From the NCBI RefSeq assembly GCF_030144855.1, contig NC_082722.1:26412001-26476000 (forward strand): 64,000 bases of DNA, given 5' to 3'. The stretch is from Hypanus sabinus (lineage: Eukaryota). Of the stretch, positions 34,560 through 47,489 are shown one piece after another. Both the position numbers and the translations under genes were made by a program. The notes below the pieces were generated by a model, which did not search any database, had not been told where the DNA came from, and saw only the letters and a program-made list of their open reading frames with translations. Position 1 is the stretch's first letter, and each line of letters starts with the position of its first letter.

Positions 34560-37500
34560 AAAAGGAAATTTCGATTGTTCCATTGAGGGAACGAAAATAA
34601 CGGTGAATGTTCCATCATTGCTGTCCCATGCACAATTATCTTTCACCAGGAAATAACAGATCTTACACAGGAATAAAATTAAAGTGGAAATATATTTACA
34701 GATATTTGAACTATAGTAAACAGTTAATTGAACAATAAAAGTAGAGGGCCCATTATAGTTAAACCAGAAGAGTGTGCACGTGAACGATGCAGATCACTTC
34801 TGGATAGTCGGATGCTTCACTTTATGTACTCACGGCGATGAACCCATGTCAGCAGCTACAGTTTGGAATTCCCTGGAAGATGATTATGAACGAATTGGCT
34901 AACTCAGGAATACTTACATTTCTTCCTCATTCGACTGCTCAAAGCACCTCTTACAGCAGGGTCTCCCCTTCTGGCGTATTCTGCGAGCGCTTCGCTTGTG
35001 CTCATCTGTACACCTCCTTCCTCTTCAAACACCTGTAAACAAAACCAAAATCACCCCATTGTGCCTCCAAGACATCTGATCCCGTACAGCTCTCTCGAAT
35101 GTTGTATAGCATCCCACTGGACAGATGTTACTAAGACAAACCCGATTGGCTGACACAACATTCCTAAGATGAGCAAACGGCTTCTGATCTTGACCGAGAC
35201 CAAAATACTAATCTATAACGCTTAATTAGCAGAATACACTGCGCTTTGCAGAAAATGTGCTGAAAATTAAAATACCTAACAGCATAGCAGTAGAAATGTC
35301 AAAGAACACGTTCTTAACCTGGTCATTACATTCTTCCCCACCAAAAATAGTCACGTCCTCATGAAGTTATAAACCTTAGGAAGTTGTTAATTCATTACTA
35401 GTGTCACAACATTGTAATGAATTTCCACTGAAATCACACTATTGTCAATTGTTTCCTTTCTGTTTTCCTTCTGTGCAGAGATTTCTATTTGGTCCATGTC
35501 AGACTCTGCGGCAACGTGTACTTCCTGCCCTTAGGGTGAAAGATGGTTCTAATGGAAAATATTGACAAGACCATTGCCATTTTTGGGCTTCACCCGGAAA
35601 ACCGGCAAATTTGACATCTGGCTCTCCACTAGGCAAGGCGAAGAAACCCAGTGGTTGGCAAAAAATGCTTCTGCGAGAGTCACAAGTTTATTATTAGAAC
35701 TCTTTCTCGAGGCATCAACTGGGAGAACATCATCCTTTGACCATATCTTTTCCGGTTTCCTTGCTTTTAATTACTAGCAGAAACTGCTGCTAGCTGATGG
35801 GCTTTTTACATTTCTTTCCTCCTGTTAGACACCTACTTCAGATACGTGTTCTGCAGCAAGTTTCCTACCCACACCACCCGGCGGTTCCAAAGAAAACGCC
35901 TACAGGTAACCTCGTTTCGTGCTAGAAAATCAAATTGTATGGGGAGTAGCCAGTGTTTTCATTGTGTGTGCAATTGTAGCAGTGTGTCAAATGTCCAATA
36001 TGTTGGCTGCACTTTCTGTTTCTGTTGGCATCCAGGGTCCCACGCAAGTCTAGCAATGTTCTGTTGAATCTTTCAGGCTGAGGAACACCTTGAAAGTGAC
36101 ATGCTTTGTCTTTGACTTCATAACTCGAAGCATAGTGAGTAACTCATATATGACCTAACTCTTAAAATCCCTTCCCTGGTCACTATGCATCCTTCTCGGG
36201 AGGCCATAATATATAATATATTTATCCCATAACACTTTGGCAACAGTGGATACTCTCTGATCCTTTGTGGAGAAGTTTTGAACATATCTGATGAATTGGT
36301 CTGTAATGTCCAAGACTTTGGCAGTGTTACTGCAATCAGACTCTATGGAGAGGAATTCCATACACACTCTCACACTCTTTGTGAATGGGATGGTAGCAGC
36401 GTCTGATAGACAACTCTAGCAGGCAGCGTCTTCCTCCGAATACATTGAATGCACAACGTACAGTACTTTTCAACTTCAGGCTTCAATCGTGTCCAATAAA
36501 ACTGATCTTATACCAATGCGGAGGTCTTGTCAAATCCCAAATGACCTGAAGTGAATCAGTACAATCTTCGGATACTTCTTTCAGGGAAAAGCAACTGGGA
36601 ATGCCGATGTCTACCTGGGGAAGAGGGAACACCACACGAAACTTTGTTCCTCAACTCCAGTTTGTCCCATTCCCTGATGGATAGTGGTATGGCAGGGTAT
36701 CTTGTCTTCTCAGCTGGGTCCATATCCCCCTTGACAACAGATGACCAGGTGACACTTTTACAATGACCGGCTTGCTGAGTTGCTGCCAATTCCGAAGTAC
36801 TCAAGGTGGGCAGTTGCTTCGTATTCAGCGCCGTCTAGTTGCAATATGCATGTGGAACAGCATGGCTCGAAGCTCCCAAATAATCAACAGCTCCGTCAGG
36901 CTCACGTCTTTGCTCTGATTTCCCAACTGTGGAAAACTGACTCATTGCTTTAACACCAGAGGCAGAGGCGTGCTCCCACTGTTGCCGCACCTCAAGAAAA
37001 ATTCGTGGCAGCGCATCCGCATGATTGCTCTGACTTCCCAGCCGATAGGCAATGCAGAATTCCTAAGTAGACAACGCCGCCAACCAACGATGATCTGTGG
37101 TGTTCATTTTCGCGGAAGTGAGAATATTAGTCAGTGGATTGTTGTCGCTCCTTACCTCGAACTTGGCACCAGGTAGTCACTTACTTTACCCACCACTTCA
37201 CATTTCATGCCAGAAACTCTAATATGTGAGCCGGGTAGTTTCGTTCAGATAGGGACAGATACCGGCTCACCAAGGCAACAGCCCCTTTACCTTCATCTTG
37301 ATATGGAGCACCGCCCAATCCAACACGGCTGGCGTCAGTGTGCAATAAATACGGTAACTAGGGGTTTGCAAAGGTAGCCAAGGTTTCTCCAGTGAATAAC
37401 TCTTTCAGCAGCTGAAATGCCTCTTCACACTTTGCATCCGACCTTTCCTCGAAAGGCTCTGAAGAGCAAAGATGAACCTTGCCTTCTCCCTTTGTTCCCC

Positions 37501-40340
37501 TCCCGTTCTTCACTAAGGGTGTGTGTGTGTGGGGGGGGGGGGGAGTGGGATGTAGCCACAAAGTAATTGGTTCAACTGATGGCTTACTCTGGAGTGGCCC
37601 TTCATAAATATCCGGTAGTACCCACAGACTTCAGGGAATAAACGCACGGCTCTCATATACTTGAGCCTTGACCATGTGGTTACCGCCTGTACCTTCGATG
37701 GATCTATAGCCACTCTATTATAGGAGACTGTGTGAATGACATATTTAACATGACGTCTTAAGGACAGTTACTTTTCCAGTGAGAGTTTTAACCCTTCTGC
37801 TTTCAGGCGGTCTGACACATTAAATCTTCACGTCTCATGCTCCTCCAGTGTTGATACAAACACGATAAGATCATGCAAGTACAGTAGGACCTCAAGCAGC
37901 ATTCATGACCCGATAACAGGTTGGTAAATACCCGGTGCTCCTGACGCCATTTTTTTCTTTATCCAGTGCACACATGGGTATTTGATAATGCCTGCTTCTT
38001 GGTTCTAACACATGGAATCATTTGGCTCCTGTGAGGCAGACGAGAGCAACCTGGATCCATGGAACAGCACGGCTGTTCAGTGTTCGACAATCAACAAATA
38101 TTAGTACATTCCTATTCTTCTTCCTCACCGCCACCATACAGTGGCATGCAAAAGTTTGGGCACCCTGTGCAGTTCGTACTTAATAACACACCCTTTGGCA
38201 AGTATCATGGCTTGTAGACGCTTTCTGTAGCCAAATTCTTGTTTGGGGGATTTTAGCCCATTCTGCCTTGCAAAAGACTTCTAGTTCTATGAGAATCTTG
38301 GGCCGTCTTGCATGTACTGCTGTTCTGAGGTCTATCCACAGATTTTCGATGATGCTTTGGTCGGGGGACTGTGAGGGCCGTGGTAAACTTTCAGCTTGCT
38401 CCTCCTTGTGGATTAATATTCCATTGTGGATTTTGAGGTGTGTTTTGGATCATTATCCTGTTGTAGAAGCCATTCTCATTTTAACTTCAGCTTTTTTTTT
38501 TTACAGGCATTGCTATGTTTGCTTCCAGAATTTGCAGGTATTTATTTATTGAATTCATTCTTCCCTCTACCAGTGAGATCTTCCCTGTGCCACTGGCTGG
38601 AACACAAGCTCAAAGCATGATCGATCCACCCCCGTGCTTAACAGCTGGAAAGGTGTTCTTTTCATGAAATTCTGCACCCATTTTTCTCCAAACATACCTT
38701 TGCTCATTGCGGCCAAAAAGTTCTATTTTAACTTCACCAGTGCACAGGATCTGTTTCCAAAATGCATCAGGCTTGTATTGTTGTTCCTTTGCAAACTTCT
38801 AGCACTGAGTGTTGTGGTGAAGTAGCAGGAAAGGTTTTCTTCTGATGACTCTTCCATGAAGGTCATATTTGCGCAAGTGTCGCTGCGCAGTAGAACAGTG
38901 CACCACCACTCCAGAGTGTGCTAGATCTTCCTGAAGGTCTTTTGCAGTCAAACGGGGGTTTTGATTTGCCTTTCTAACAATCCTACGAGCAGTTCTCTCG
39001 GAAAGTTTTCTTGGTCTTCCAGACCTTAACTTGAACTCCACCGTTCCTGTTAACTGCCATTTAATTACATTATAAACTGAGGAAACTGCTGCCTAAAAAT
39101 GCTCTGCTCTCTTCGTATCGCCTTCTCCTGCTTTGTGGGCATCATTTATTTTAGCTTTCAGAGCACTAGGCAGCTGCTTAGAGGTGCGCGTGGCTGCTGA
39201 TTTTTGGGATAAGATTTGAGGAGTCAGAGTATTTATAAAGCTTTGAAATTTTCATCACCTGGCCTTTACTAACGACGACTGTGAACACGCCATAGCCCTA
39301 ACAAGCTAATAAAGGTCTGAAACCTTGGTAAAAGTTATCTGAGAGCTCAAATCTCTTAGGGTGCCCAAACTACTGCAAGGCGTTCCTTTACTTACTTTCA
39401 CTCTAAAATTGTGCAAAACAGAAATATTACACAAACCTTGCTGAAAATGTTGAAACGAATGTTTAAACCTTTACCTCACGAGTTCTGGATATCAGCTCAT
39501 CTTGTACTCACTTAACTATTCAAAGTAACAGAAATTTTGACCAGAGGTGCCCAAATTATTTTATTGCCACTGTAGATGACGCATATGTAAAGTTGCAATG
39601 TTCCGTTTGGGGAACAAAAATTATAAAGAATGCTGTATCAATACTGCCCTATACAAATTTATTGTTCACCAGGAAATAATTGACATACACCGGCATAAAA
39701 TTAAAGCGGCAGCATATTTGCAGATATTCCAACATTAACGAGCAGTTAATAGAACGACAAAGTGAAGGGGCCAATTACAGTGAAACCAGTCTAAATTTGT
39801 GTTGCAGTGCATTTCTCAGGAGTCGGTACTCAAAGCGCTAATCCCACGTCCCCACCCACAGTTCGGATTTCACCTGAAGACTGTCACAAACGAACTGATT
39901 ATCTCAGCAGTATTTGGAATTCCTCCTTGGACCCATTCGTTTGCACAAATCATTTTTTTATAACAAGCTCTCCCCTTCGGACGGGATTCTTGAACATTTA
40001 CCCTGTGCTCATCTCCGCACCTCCTTCCACTTCCAACATCTCTCTGCAAAACCGAAAAACAAACCACTGTCCCTCAGATGACTGATCCTACCCAGCTCTC
40101 CCGAATGATCCGTGGCATCCCATTGGACAGAATGTTACTACGAGAAACCTGATTGGTTGATGCAAGACTCATAAACCGATCAACCGGCGCGTCATCTTAT
40201 CAGAATCCTAAATGCTGCTCTGTGAAGCTTAATTAACAGAATACACTGCGCTTTGCAGAAAAGCTGCTGAACTAAATTATCTGACAGCATGGCAGTAGAA
40301 ATGCAATACATCATATTCTTAGCCAGGGCATTTTACCACG
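34560..40340 (-). mobile_element. Degenerate Gypsy LTR retrotransposon with two related LTR-like repeats (about 34560-35330 and 39590-40340)
   Basis: Integrase core RVCMEFLSIE...VLWDKYIIYYGLPRRMHSDQGRDFKS (36155-36373); RT-RNaseH linker DPSKVQAVTTW...GYYRIF; minus-strand PPT ggtggggaagaa abutting TGTAATG at 35330. Confidence 0.85.
38139..39572 (-). mobile_element. Tc1/mariner transposon, degenerate, inserted in the Gypsy element
   Basis: TA|CAGTGGCATGCAAAAGTTTGGGCACC ... GGTGCCCAAATTATTTTATTGCCACTG|TA; transposase SGRPRKLSERTARRIVRKANQNPRLTAKDLQ...RRKPFL; an inner repeat of the TIR motif at about 39359 (IR/DR type). Confidence 0.93.
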
Positions 40341-41043
40341 GTGATTTATTATGTTATTATTTACTTTGCACTTTGTTTAGAAGAAATGGAAACCGGGTTT
40401 ATTTCATCGTTCCGTCCATGTTTGATGTCATTCTGGAGACTGGCTGCTTAATTTTTTGGACCTTTGAAATTTGCGACCCAACCAAGTATTTCCTACAGTC
40501 CCAACGTCATCCCCAACACCCCGACTACATTAATTCATCACCCCATTCCAATACAGTGAAAAGGTTTAAACGGCGAGTGGGGCAAACCACTGAAATTTTA
40601 GAGAAATAGTTTGATTAGGGCTAGCTATTAAGAGACAGGGAGCTGCAGAAAAATTGTGTTGAAGCACAAGTCACACATCATCTAAAATCAGGAAGCATGA
40701 TCGAGGTTAAACGATATTCTCGTGTCCTTCAGCCTTCATTTAGACAAACACTTGCCCTTATTTCACCGATATCGGTTACCTAGCAGTTTAAATACACATC
40801 TACCAATATTTATAACTGATGAATATTTCAGAAGGTGTGCGTTGGCAGCGGACCCAAATGGAAGACACAGACACTGAACTACCAGGAACAGGACTAGGTG
40901 TGAGAAAGAAGCAAGGGAAGTGGGGAAGAAAGGACGCAGATAATAACACAGGCCCTGGACGAGGCAAGGATTCCGGGCCAGGTCTAGGACTTGACCAGGA
41001 TAGCGGAACCAGGACATGGAACTGGGAGCTAGAAACTTGGAAC

Positions 41044-41958
41044 TGTTACGTACCCGTAACTGGTTTACAGACCAGCAGAAATAGAAGAATCCGTTGGAGT
41101 CTGGTGGTACCAAAACTGTTTAATTGTAAACAACACAATACAGCATCAAAAATGCAAATATACATATAAAACAGCTTATCAATAATAAACATAGAAGTGT
41201 AGGGATAATAATCAACAATAATAAACAAGTTCTATCAGTGTCTAGGGGTAAATGAATTGTCATAAGAAAATATAGAGTTCAGTTCAGTTCATGTATGCTG
41301 AGGTCTTTGTGGTTGCTGCTTTTTAAGTTATTGGAGAGAGAGAGACAGCGAGCAAGAGACTGAGCAGCTGCAACCAGCAAACCTTCTGTTGTATTCTGAT
41401 TCCGTCGTACCGTTGTAGTCATTCTGTTATGACCCCTCTGTTCTTCGGCTAGACCGTTTTTCTGTGGTGGACTCGTCACTCTGGCACGCATGGACGCACA
41501 CAGAAGTCCCCACCGGCCCTGCCGTCACACTGTGAGCTTTGTTGACCGATCTCCTGATTCGTTCCTCGAAAGCCCCCACCTTCCTGTGGGTGCACAACAC
41601 TCGGTCAGTGTTCACTGGTGTCTCTGACGGGTGTCTCACCACACCTGTCTTTTATCCCCACTGACGGGGTATCAGCAATCCATTTCTATCAAATCAGGCC
41701 ACTTCTGCTGTCTCCTTAGCAATGTTAACGAGTAAAGTAACGTCCTTGTAGTGAAAGGTAAACAATCCAGGAAGAAGCCATAGAACATAAATCAGCTTTT
41801 GTCTTTCTCTCTCTGTTATCTGTAGCAGATGTTCCTGCCACTGTGCTGCATCTCTCTCTCTCATTAGTAGCATAGCAATAGCAATAGTTCATAGTTCTCG
41901 GGGGGGGGGGAAATGGTTCACTCTGCACCCAATTTCCATCAGGTCTGTTCAGCACTCA
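41044..41958 (-). mobile_element. Solo LTR of the same family as the LTR at 63629-64000
   Basis: Begins TGTTACGTACCC-GTAACTGG, as at 63629, and ends ...CACTCA. Flanked by a possible 4-bp TSD, GAAC (41040-43 and 41959-62). Confidence 0.75.
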
Positions 41959-41962
41959 GAAC

Positions 41963-44900
41963 AGAACCATATAACCATATAACAATTACAGCACGGAAAC
42001 AGGCTTTCTCGGCCCTTCTAGTACGTGCCGACGCTTACTCTCACAGACTCCCACTGGCCCGCACTCAGCCCATAACCCTCTATTCCTTTCCTGTCCATAT
42101 ACCTATCAAATTTTACTTTAAAAGACAATACCGAACCTGCCTCTACCACTTCCACTGAAAGCTCATTCTACTCAGCTACCACTCTCTGAGTAAAGAAATT
42201 CGCCCTCGTGTTACCCTTAAACTTTGCCCCCTAACTCTCAAATCAGGTCCTATTGTTTGAGTCTCCCCTACTCTCAATGGAAAAAGCCTATTCACCCCAA
42301 CTCGATCTATCTCCCTCATTATTTTAAACACCTCCATCAATTCCCCCCTCAGCCTTCTACGCTCCAAAGAATAAAGACCTAATTTGTTCAACCTTTCCCT
42401 GTTACGAAGGTGCTGAAACACAGGTAATATTCTAGTAAATCTTATCTGCACTCTCTCTATTTTGTTGATATCTTTCCTATAATTCGGTGAACAGAACTGT
42501 ACACAATACTCCAAATTCGGCCTTAACAATGCCTTGCACAATTTTGACATTACAACCTAACGCCTGTACTCAAAGATCTGATTTATAAAGGCCAGCATAC
42601 TAAATGCTTTCTTCACCACCCTATCCACATGAGATTTCACCTTCAGGGAACTATGTACCATTATTCCTAGATCACTCTGCTCTACTGCATTCTTCAATGC
42701 TCTACCATTTACCATGTATGTCCTATTTGGATTTTTCCTACCAAAATGTAGCACCTCACACTTATCAGCATTAAACTCCATCTGCCATCATTCTGCCCAC
42801 TCTTCTAAATGGCCTAAATCTCTCTGCAAGCTTTGAAAACCTACATCCTTATCTACAACCCCACCTACCTTAGTATCATCTGCATACTTACTAATCCAAT
42901 TTCCCACCCCATCATCCAGATCATTAATGTATATGGCAAACAACATTGGACCCATTACAGATCCCTGAGGCACACCACTAGTCACCGGCCTCCAACCTGA
43001 CAAACAGTTATCCACCACTACTCTCTGGCATCTGCCATCCAGCCATTGTTGAATCCATTTTACTACAAAAGCACTTCAATACTAATACCAAACAATTCAA
43101 CCTTTTTAACTAACCTTCCGTGTCGAACTTGTCAAAGGCCTTACTGAAGTCCATATAGACTACATCCACCGCTTTACCCTCGTCAACTTTCCGCGTAAAC
43201 TGTTCAAAAAATTCAATAGGATTTGTCTAAATGACCTTCCACGCACAAATCCATGCTGACTATTCCTAATCAGACACTGTCTATCCAGATAATTATATAT
43301 ACCATATTTAAGAAAACTTTCCATTAATTTACCCACCACTGACGTCAAACTGACAGGCCTATAATTGCTAGGCTTACTCTTAGAACGCTTTTTAAACAAT
43401 GGAACCACAAGAGCAATACGCCAATCCTCTGGCACCATCCCTGTTTCTAATGGCATTTGAAATATTTCTGTCCGAGCTCATTTTATTTCTATACTAACTT
43501 TCCTCAAGGTCCTAAGGAATATCCTGTCGGGATCCGGAGATTTATTCACTTTTATATTACTTAAAAGCACCAGCACTTCCTCCTCTTTAATCGTCATAGT
43601 TTCCATAACTTCCCTACGTGTTTCCCTTACCTTATACAATTCAATATCCTTCTCCTTAGTGAATACCGGAGAAAATAAACTGTTCAAAATATCCCCCATC
43701 TCTTTCGGTTCCACACATAGCTGTCCACTCTGATACACTAAAGGACCAATTTTATCCCTCACTATCTTTTTGCTATTAATAGTACTGTAGAAACCCTTCG
43801 GATTTATTTTCACCTTTCTTGCCAAAACAACCTCGTATCTTGATTTTGCTTTTTTAATTTCTTTCTTAAGACTAGTTTTACTTTCTTTATATTTCTCGAG
43901 GACCTCATTTACTCCATGCTGCCGATATTTATTGTAGATCTCCCTCTTTTTCCTAACCAAGTTTCCAATGTCCCTTGAAAACCATGGCGCCCTCAAACTT
44001 TTAACATCTCCTTTTAACCTAGCAAGAACATAAAGATTCTGTTCCCTCAAAATTTCAGCTTTAAATTACCTCCATTTCTCAATTACATCCTTCCCATAAA
44101 ACAAATGGTCCCAGTCCACTCCTTCTAAATCCTTTTGCATCCCCTCAAAGTTAGCCTTTCTCCAATCCTCCAATCAAAAATCTCAACCCTGGGTCCAATC
44201 CTACCCTTCTCTATAATTATATTGAAACTAATGTTATTGTGATCACTTGACCTGAAGTGCTCCCCAACACATACGTCCGTCACCTGACCTATCTCATTCC
44301 CTATCAGGAGATCCAACACTGATCCTTCTCTTGTCGGTATCTCTATGTATTGCTGCAGAAAACTATCCTGCACACATTTTACAAACACCAAACCATACAG
44401 GCCTTTTACAGAATGGGCTTCCCAGTCTATGTGTGGAAAATTAAAATCGGTCACAATCACAACCTTGTACTTAGTAGAAGTATCTGCTATCACCTGACAA
44501 ATTTGCTCCTCCAATTCTCTCTCCCCATTAGGGGGTCTATTATACACACCTTTAATTATAGTACACCTTTCCCATAACTCAATTCCACCTAAATAGCATC
44601 CCCAGATGAGCTCTCTAAACTATCCTGCCAAAGCACCATTGTAATAATTTCTCAGACAAGCAATGCAACACCTACTCCTCTTGCCCTTCCGATTCTATCA
44701 CACCTGAAGCTACGAAATTTAGTTGCCAATCACACCCCTCCTGCAACAATGTTTCACTAATATCTACCACATCATATTTCCAGGTATCAATCCATGCTCT
44801 AAGCCCATCCACCTTTCTTACAATGCTCCTAGCATTAAAATAGATGTTTTTAAGAAACTCTCCACCTCTTCCTCTCTGTTTTTCCCAAACGATGCGATCA

Positions 44901-45310
44901 ACTTTATTATCTTTTTTTTCCTTCTCTCCTACATCTTCAGTCTGAACGCTTCCCTTCTCTATTACCTGCCTATTCTCCCTCACACACTGTCTATTAGCTT
45001 TCTCTGTTTGTGAACTAACCTCCTCTCCCCTAGTCTGTTCAAATATATTCCCACCCCAATCATTCTAGTTTAAAGTCTCCCCAGTAGGTTTAGCAAATCT
45101 CCTCGGTAGGATATTGATCCCGCTAGGATTCAAGTGTAACACGTCCTTTTTGTATAGGTCACAACTGCCCCAAAAGAGGTCCCAATGATCCAGCAACTTG
45201 AATCCCTGCCCCCTGCACCAATCCCTCAGCCAAGCATTTATCCTGCACCTCATTCCATTCCTACTATCACTGTCGCGTGGCACAGTCAGTAATCTCGAGA
45301 TTACTACCTT
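41963..45310 (-). mobile_element. Long CR1 LINE (ORF1 esterase end, APE, RT), degenerate
   Basis: Minus-strand ORFs RINAWLRDWCRGQGFKLLDHWDLFWG, YFNARSI, NYRPVSLTSVVGKLME, VTSGVPQGSVMGP...YADDTKVGG and ERRRLRGELMEVFKIM; (ccatataa)n tail at about 41967. Confidence 0.93.
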
Positions 45311-47489
45311 TGTGTTCCTGTGTGTCCTTTGTGGACAAGGTCTCCGAGCCAGAGACTGGGCAAGGGCCCAAAACCTGGCTCTTGACTCGGGCTCGTACTT
45401 AGGATCCAGGCGAGCACAAGACGTGACTACAGGACGAGAAGAGGCAACAGAAATCGACGTCAGACTCTTGGACAGGACCAGCGAACCCCCGCACAGGACG
45501 AGGGAATCTCAGCACCGGGATGGGAAAGGTACTCCTGGTTGGGCGAGGCACATGGAAAGACGAGAACACAATGCCGTGGTTTGGACAGGATATGGTGCTT
45601 GTATGTGACTAGGACTGGACGAGACCCCGAAGCCTTGACTTGGTCGAGGAAGAGACAGAAATCCAGACCCTTGGTCGAAGGAGAGACAGGAAAGTAGAAC
45701 ACAGAGCCGGGTCACCTTGGGTACAGGACGTGGGGCCGGGACTCATTACACAGCATGCAGAATACAATGAGACGGTTCCAAAACCAAGATAGCGGCAGAC
45801 GGCCGGACCTACCTAGTGAAGGCGTGGACACAGACAGTTCCCAACACTAGGTAGCGGCAAACCTACCTAGCGAAGGCGTGGACACAGAGACAGTTCAAAA
45901 CAAAGAAAGGCAGTTCCTTATCTTGCTCCGATGGTTGAACTTGACAGCAAAGAAGGGAAGGGTTACAGGCGAGGCAAGGCTCCAGACGAGGCAAGACGAG
46001 GCAAGGCTCCAGAAGGAAAGTGAAGGGAAGGGATGCAGAAAGGGGGGGTTGGACAGGAACAATCCAGCAGCGAGAGACTGAATGCTGAAGATATTTATGA
46101 AGCCAGCCCAAGCGAGAATCAGCTGCTCAACGGAAACTGGGAAAAACCAGAAAACTTGGAGTAAGGAAAATGGACTGGACCGTGAACCAGAATTAGGATT
46201 TCACAGACCAGACCATAATAGAATAAATAGTATTTGCTCTGCCGAGCTCTCGAAGAACTTTTGGGGAACATGAAAAATGCTTACGCAGCATTTCAATAAA
46301 TTCACAGAAGATTAGGTTGTCCTTCGATCTTAAACATCTGTCGCCCAAAGGCAAACAAAACCACTTCACTGATGTCAGTTATGCGATGTATGAGTAATAT
46401 CTATACAATTTAGAAACAAGGCTTGATCAGTGTGCTGCTCCACAGTATCGACACCATTGAAGCCAACAAAGTTGTGCGGATTCACTGCCACTCACTATGT
46501 GTCAATACAAAATGTACCTCTGAAAGGGCAGAAGAAATGGTCAGTTTGAAGGTGATACGAAGGGCTACTCTTAATTCTAACCCGCGCAAACTCTGCTACG
46601 TCCATTCCAAATAGTCTTGCATCACTCGCCTATCGCGAGTTTTTCCTTGTTTGTGTTTTGCCTTGTGCTCAGTTGCGTCATGTTTACTTGTCCGCTGAAA
46701 CAAAGTATTAAATGACAATCTCAGTGGTATTGAAACGACAGCAATAAAAGCAATTGCGAGTTGCAACGTAACACTGTTCGACAGAGAACACATGCGTTGA
46801 AATAATAACTGAATATTCAATCTGGCGTTTTATTCTGCTGTAACTCCTCCAACTCCTCTGCAAGTCATCGGTGATAAAGGGACTTCACCGAACGCCCAGA
46901 AACTCAAAAGTAAATCTGCAGCTTTTACCGAGATAAATCAGAAATCATTTGGACAAGAAATAATACGGAAATTATAACCGAGATAAAAGCCGCAATAAAC
47001 GGAACATCAGAAGGAGTTCATGAGGCTACCAGTGGACTGGAGATGCAAAGCCTTTCAGGGCAAAGTTGCTTTCACCAGATTATCGCACAAATCGTGAACG
47101 TTCCTGCCAGATTCATCTATATTGTCTGACAAGATAAGACTGGAAACCTTTAAAGGAAGCTCCCGAGTGCATGAGAAATGAAACTGGACAAAATGTGAAA
47201 TCCATTTTTCCCCATGGGCTGTTTCTCCATTATTTACGGTCTGCCACAATTTGTTCGTAGCGTATGACGTAGCAAACTTTCCAATATGTTTTAAAAAGCG
47301 TAAAATGAAAAAAGTACGACGAATGAAGAAGGAGGCATTTGGGTTCAGTGTTAATGAAGTAGATTTTAGCATTGTGATGTAAAATCGCGATTTTGGATAG
47401 CTGTCGGGAGTTACAACTTTAGTCAATCAATTTGATTGCAATAAAATGCGAAAGTTCGACTTCGCTAACAGCAGTACTATTATTACACC

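Larger units (their letters stand above)
40826..46230 (-). mobile_element. LTR-like element split by later insertions (pieces at about 40826-41043 and 45325-46230)
   Basis: Both pieces share the same GA-rich, internally repetitive style (aggacttg, acgaggcaag, gaaggcgtggacacag) and are continuous across the inserted solo LTR and LINE; family not identified. Confidence 0.45.
34030..47133 (+). pseudogene. Copy C of the VJ-C1 receptor: V pseudo-exon about 34030-34303, C1 pseudo-exon 46844-47133
   Basis: V: ccaaagtggaacaa...gcatttatagaacc...gtcaagtgaaaagtcagcaac, with the acceptor lost and a deletion of about 30 nt over the Trp. C1: acceptor AG>AA, donor GT>AT, first Cys TGT>AGT, and frameshifts. 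Flanking intron sequence is also homologous to copy B. Confidence 0.9.
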
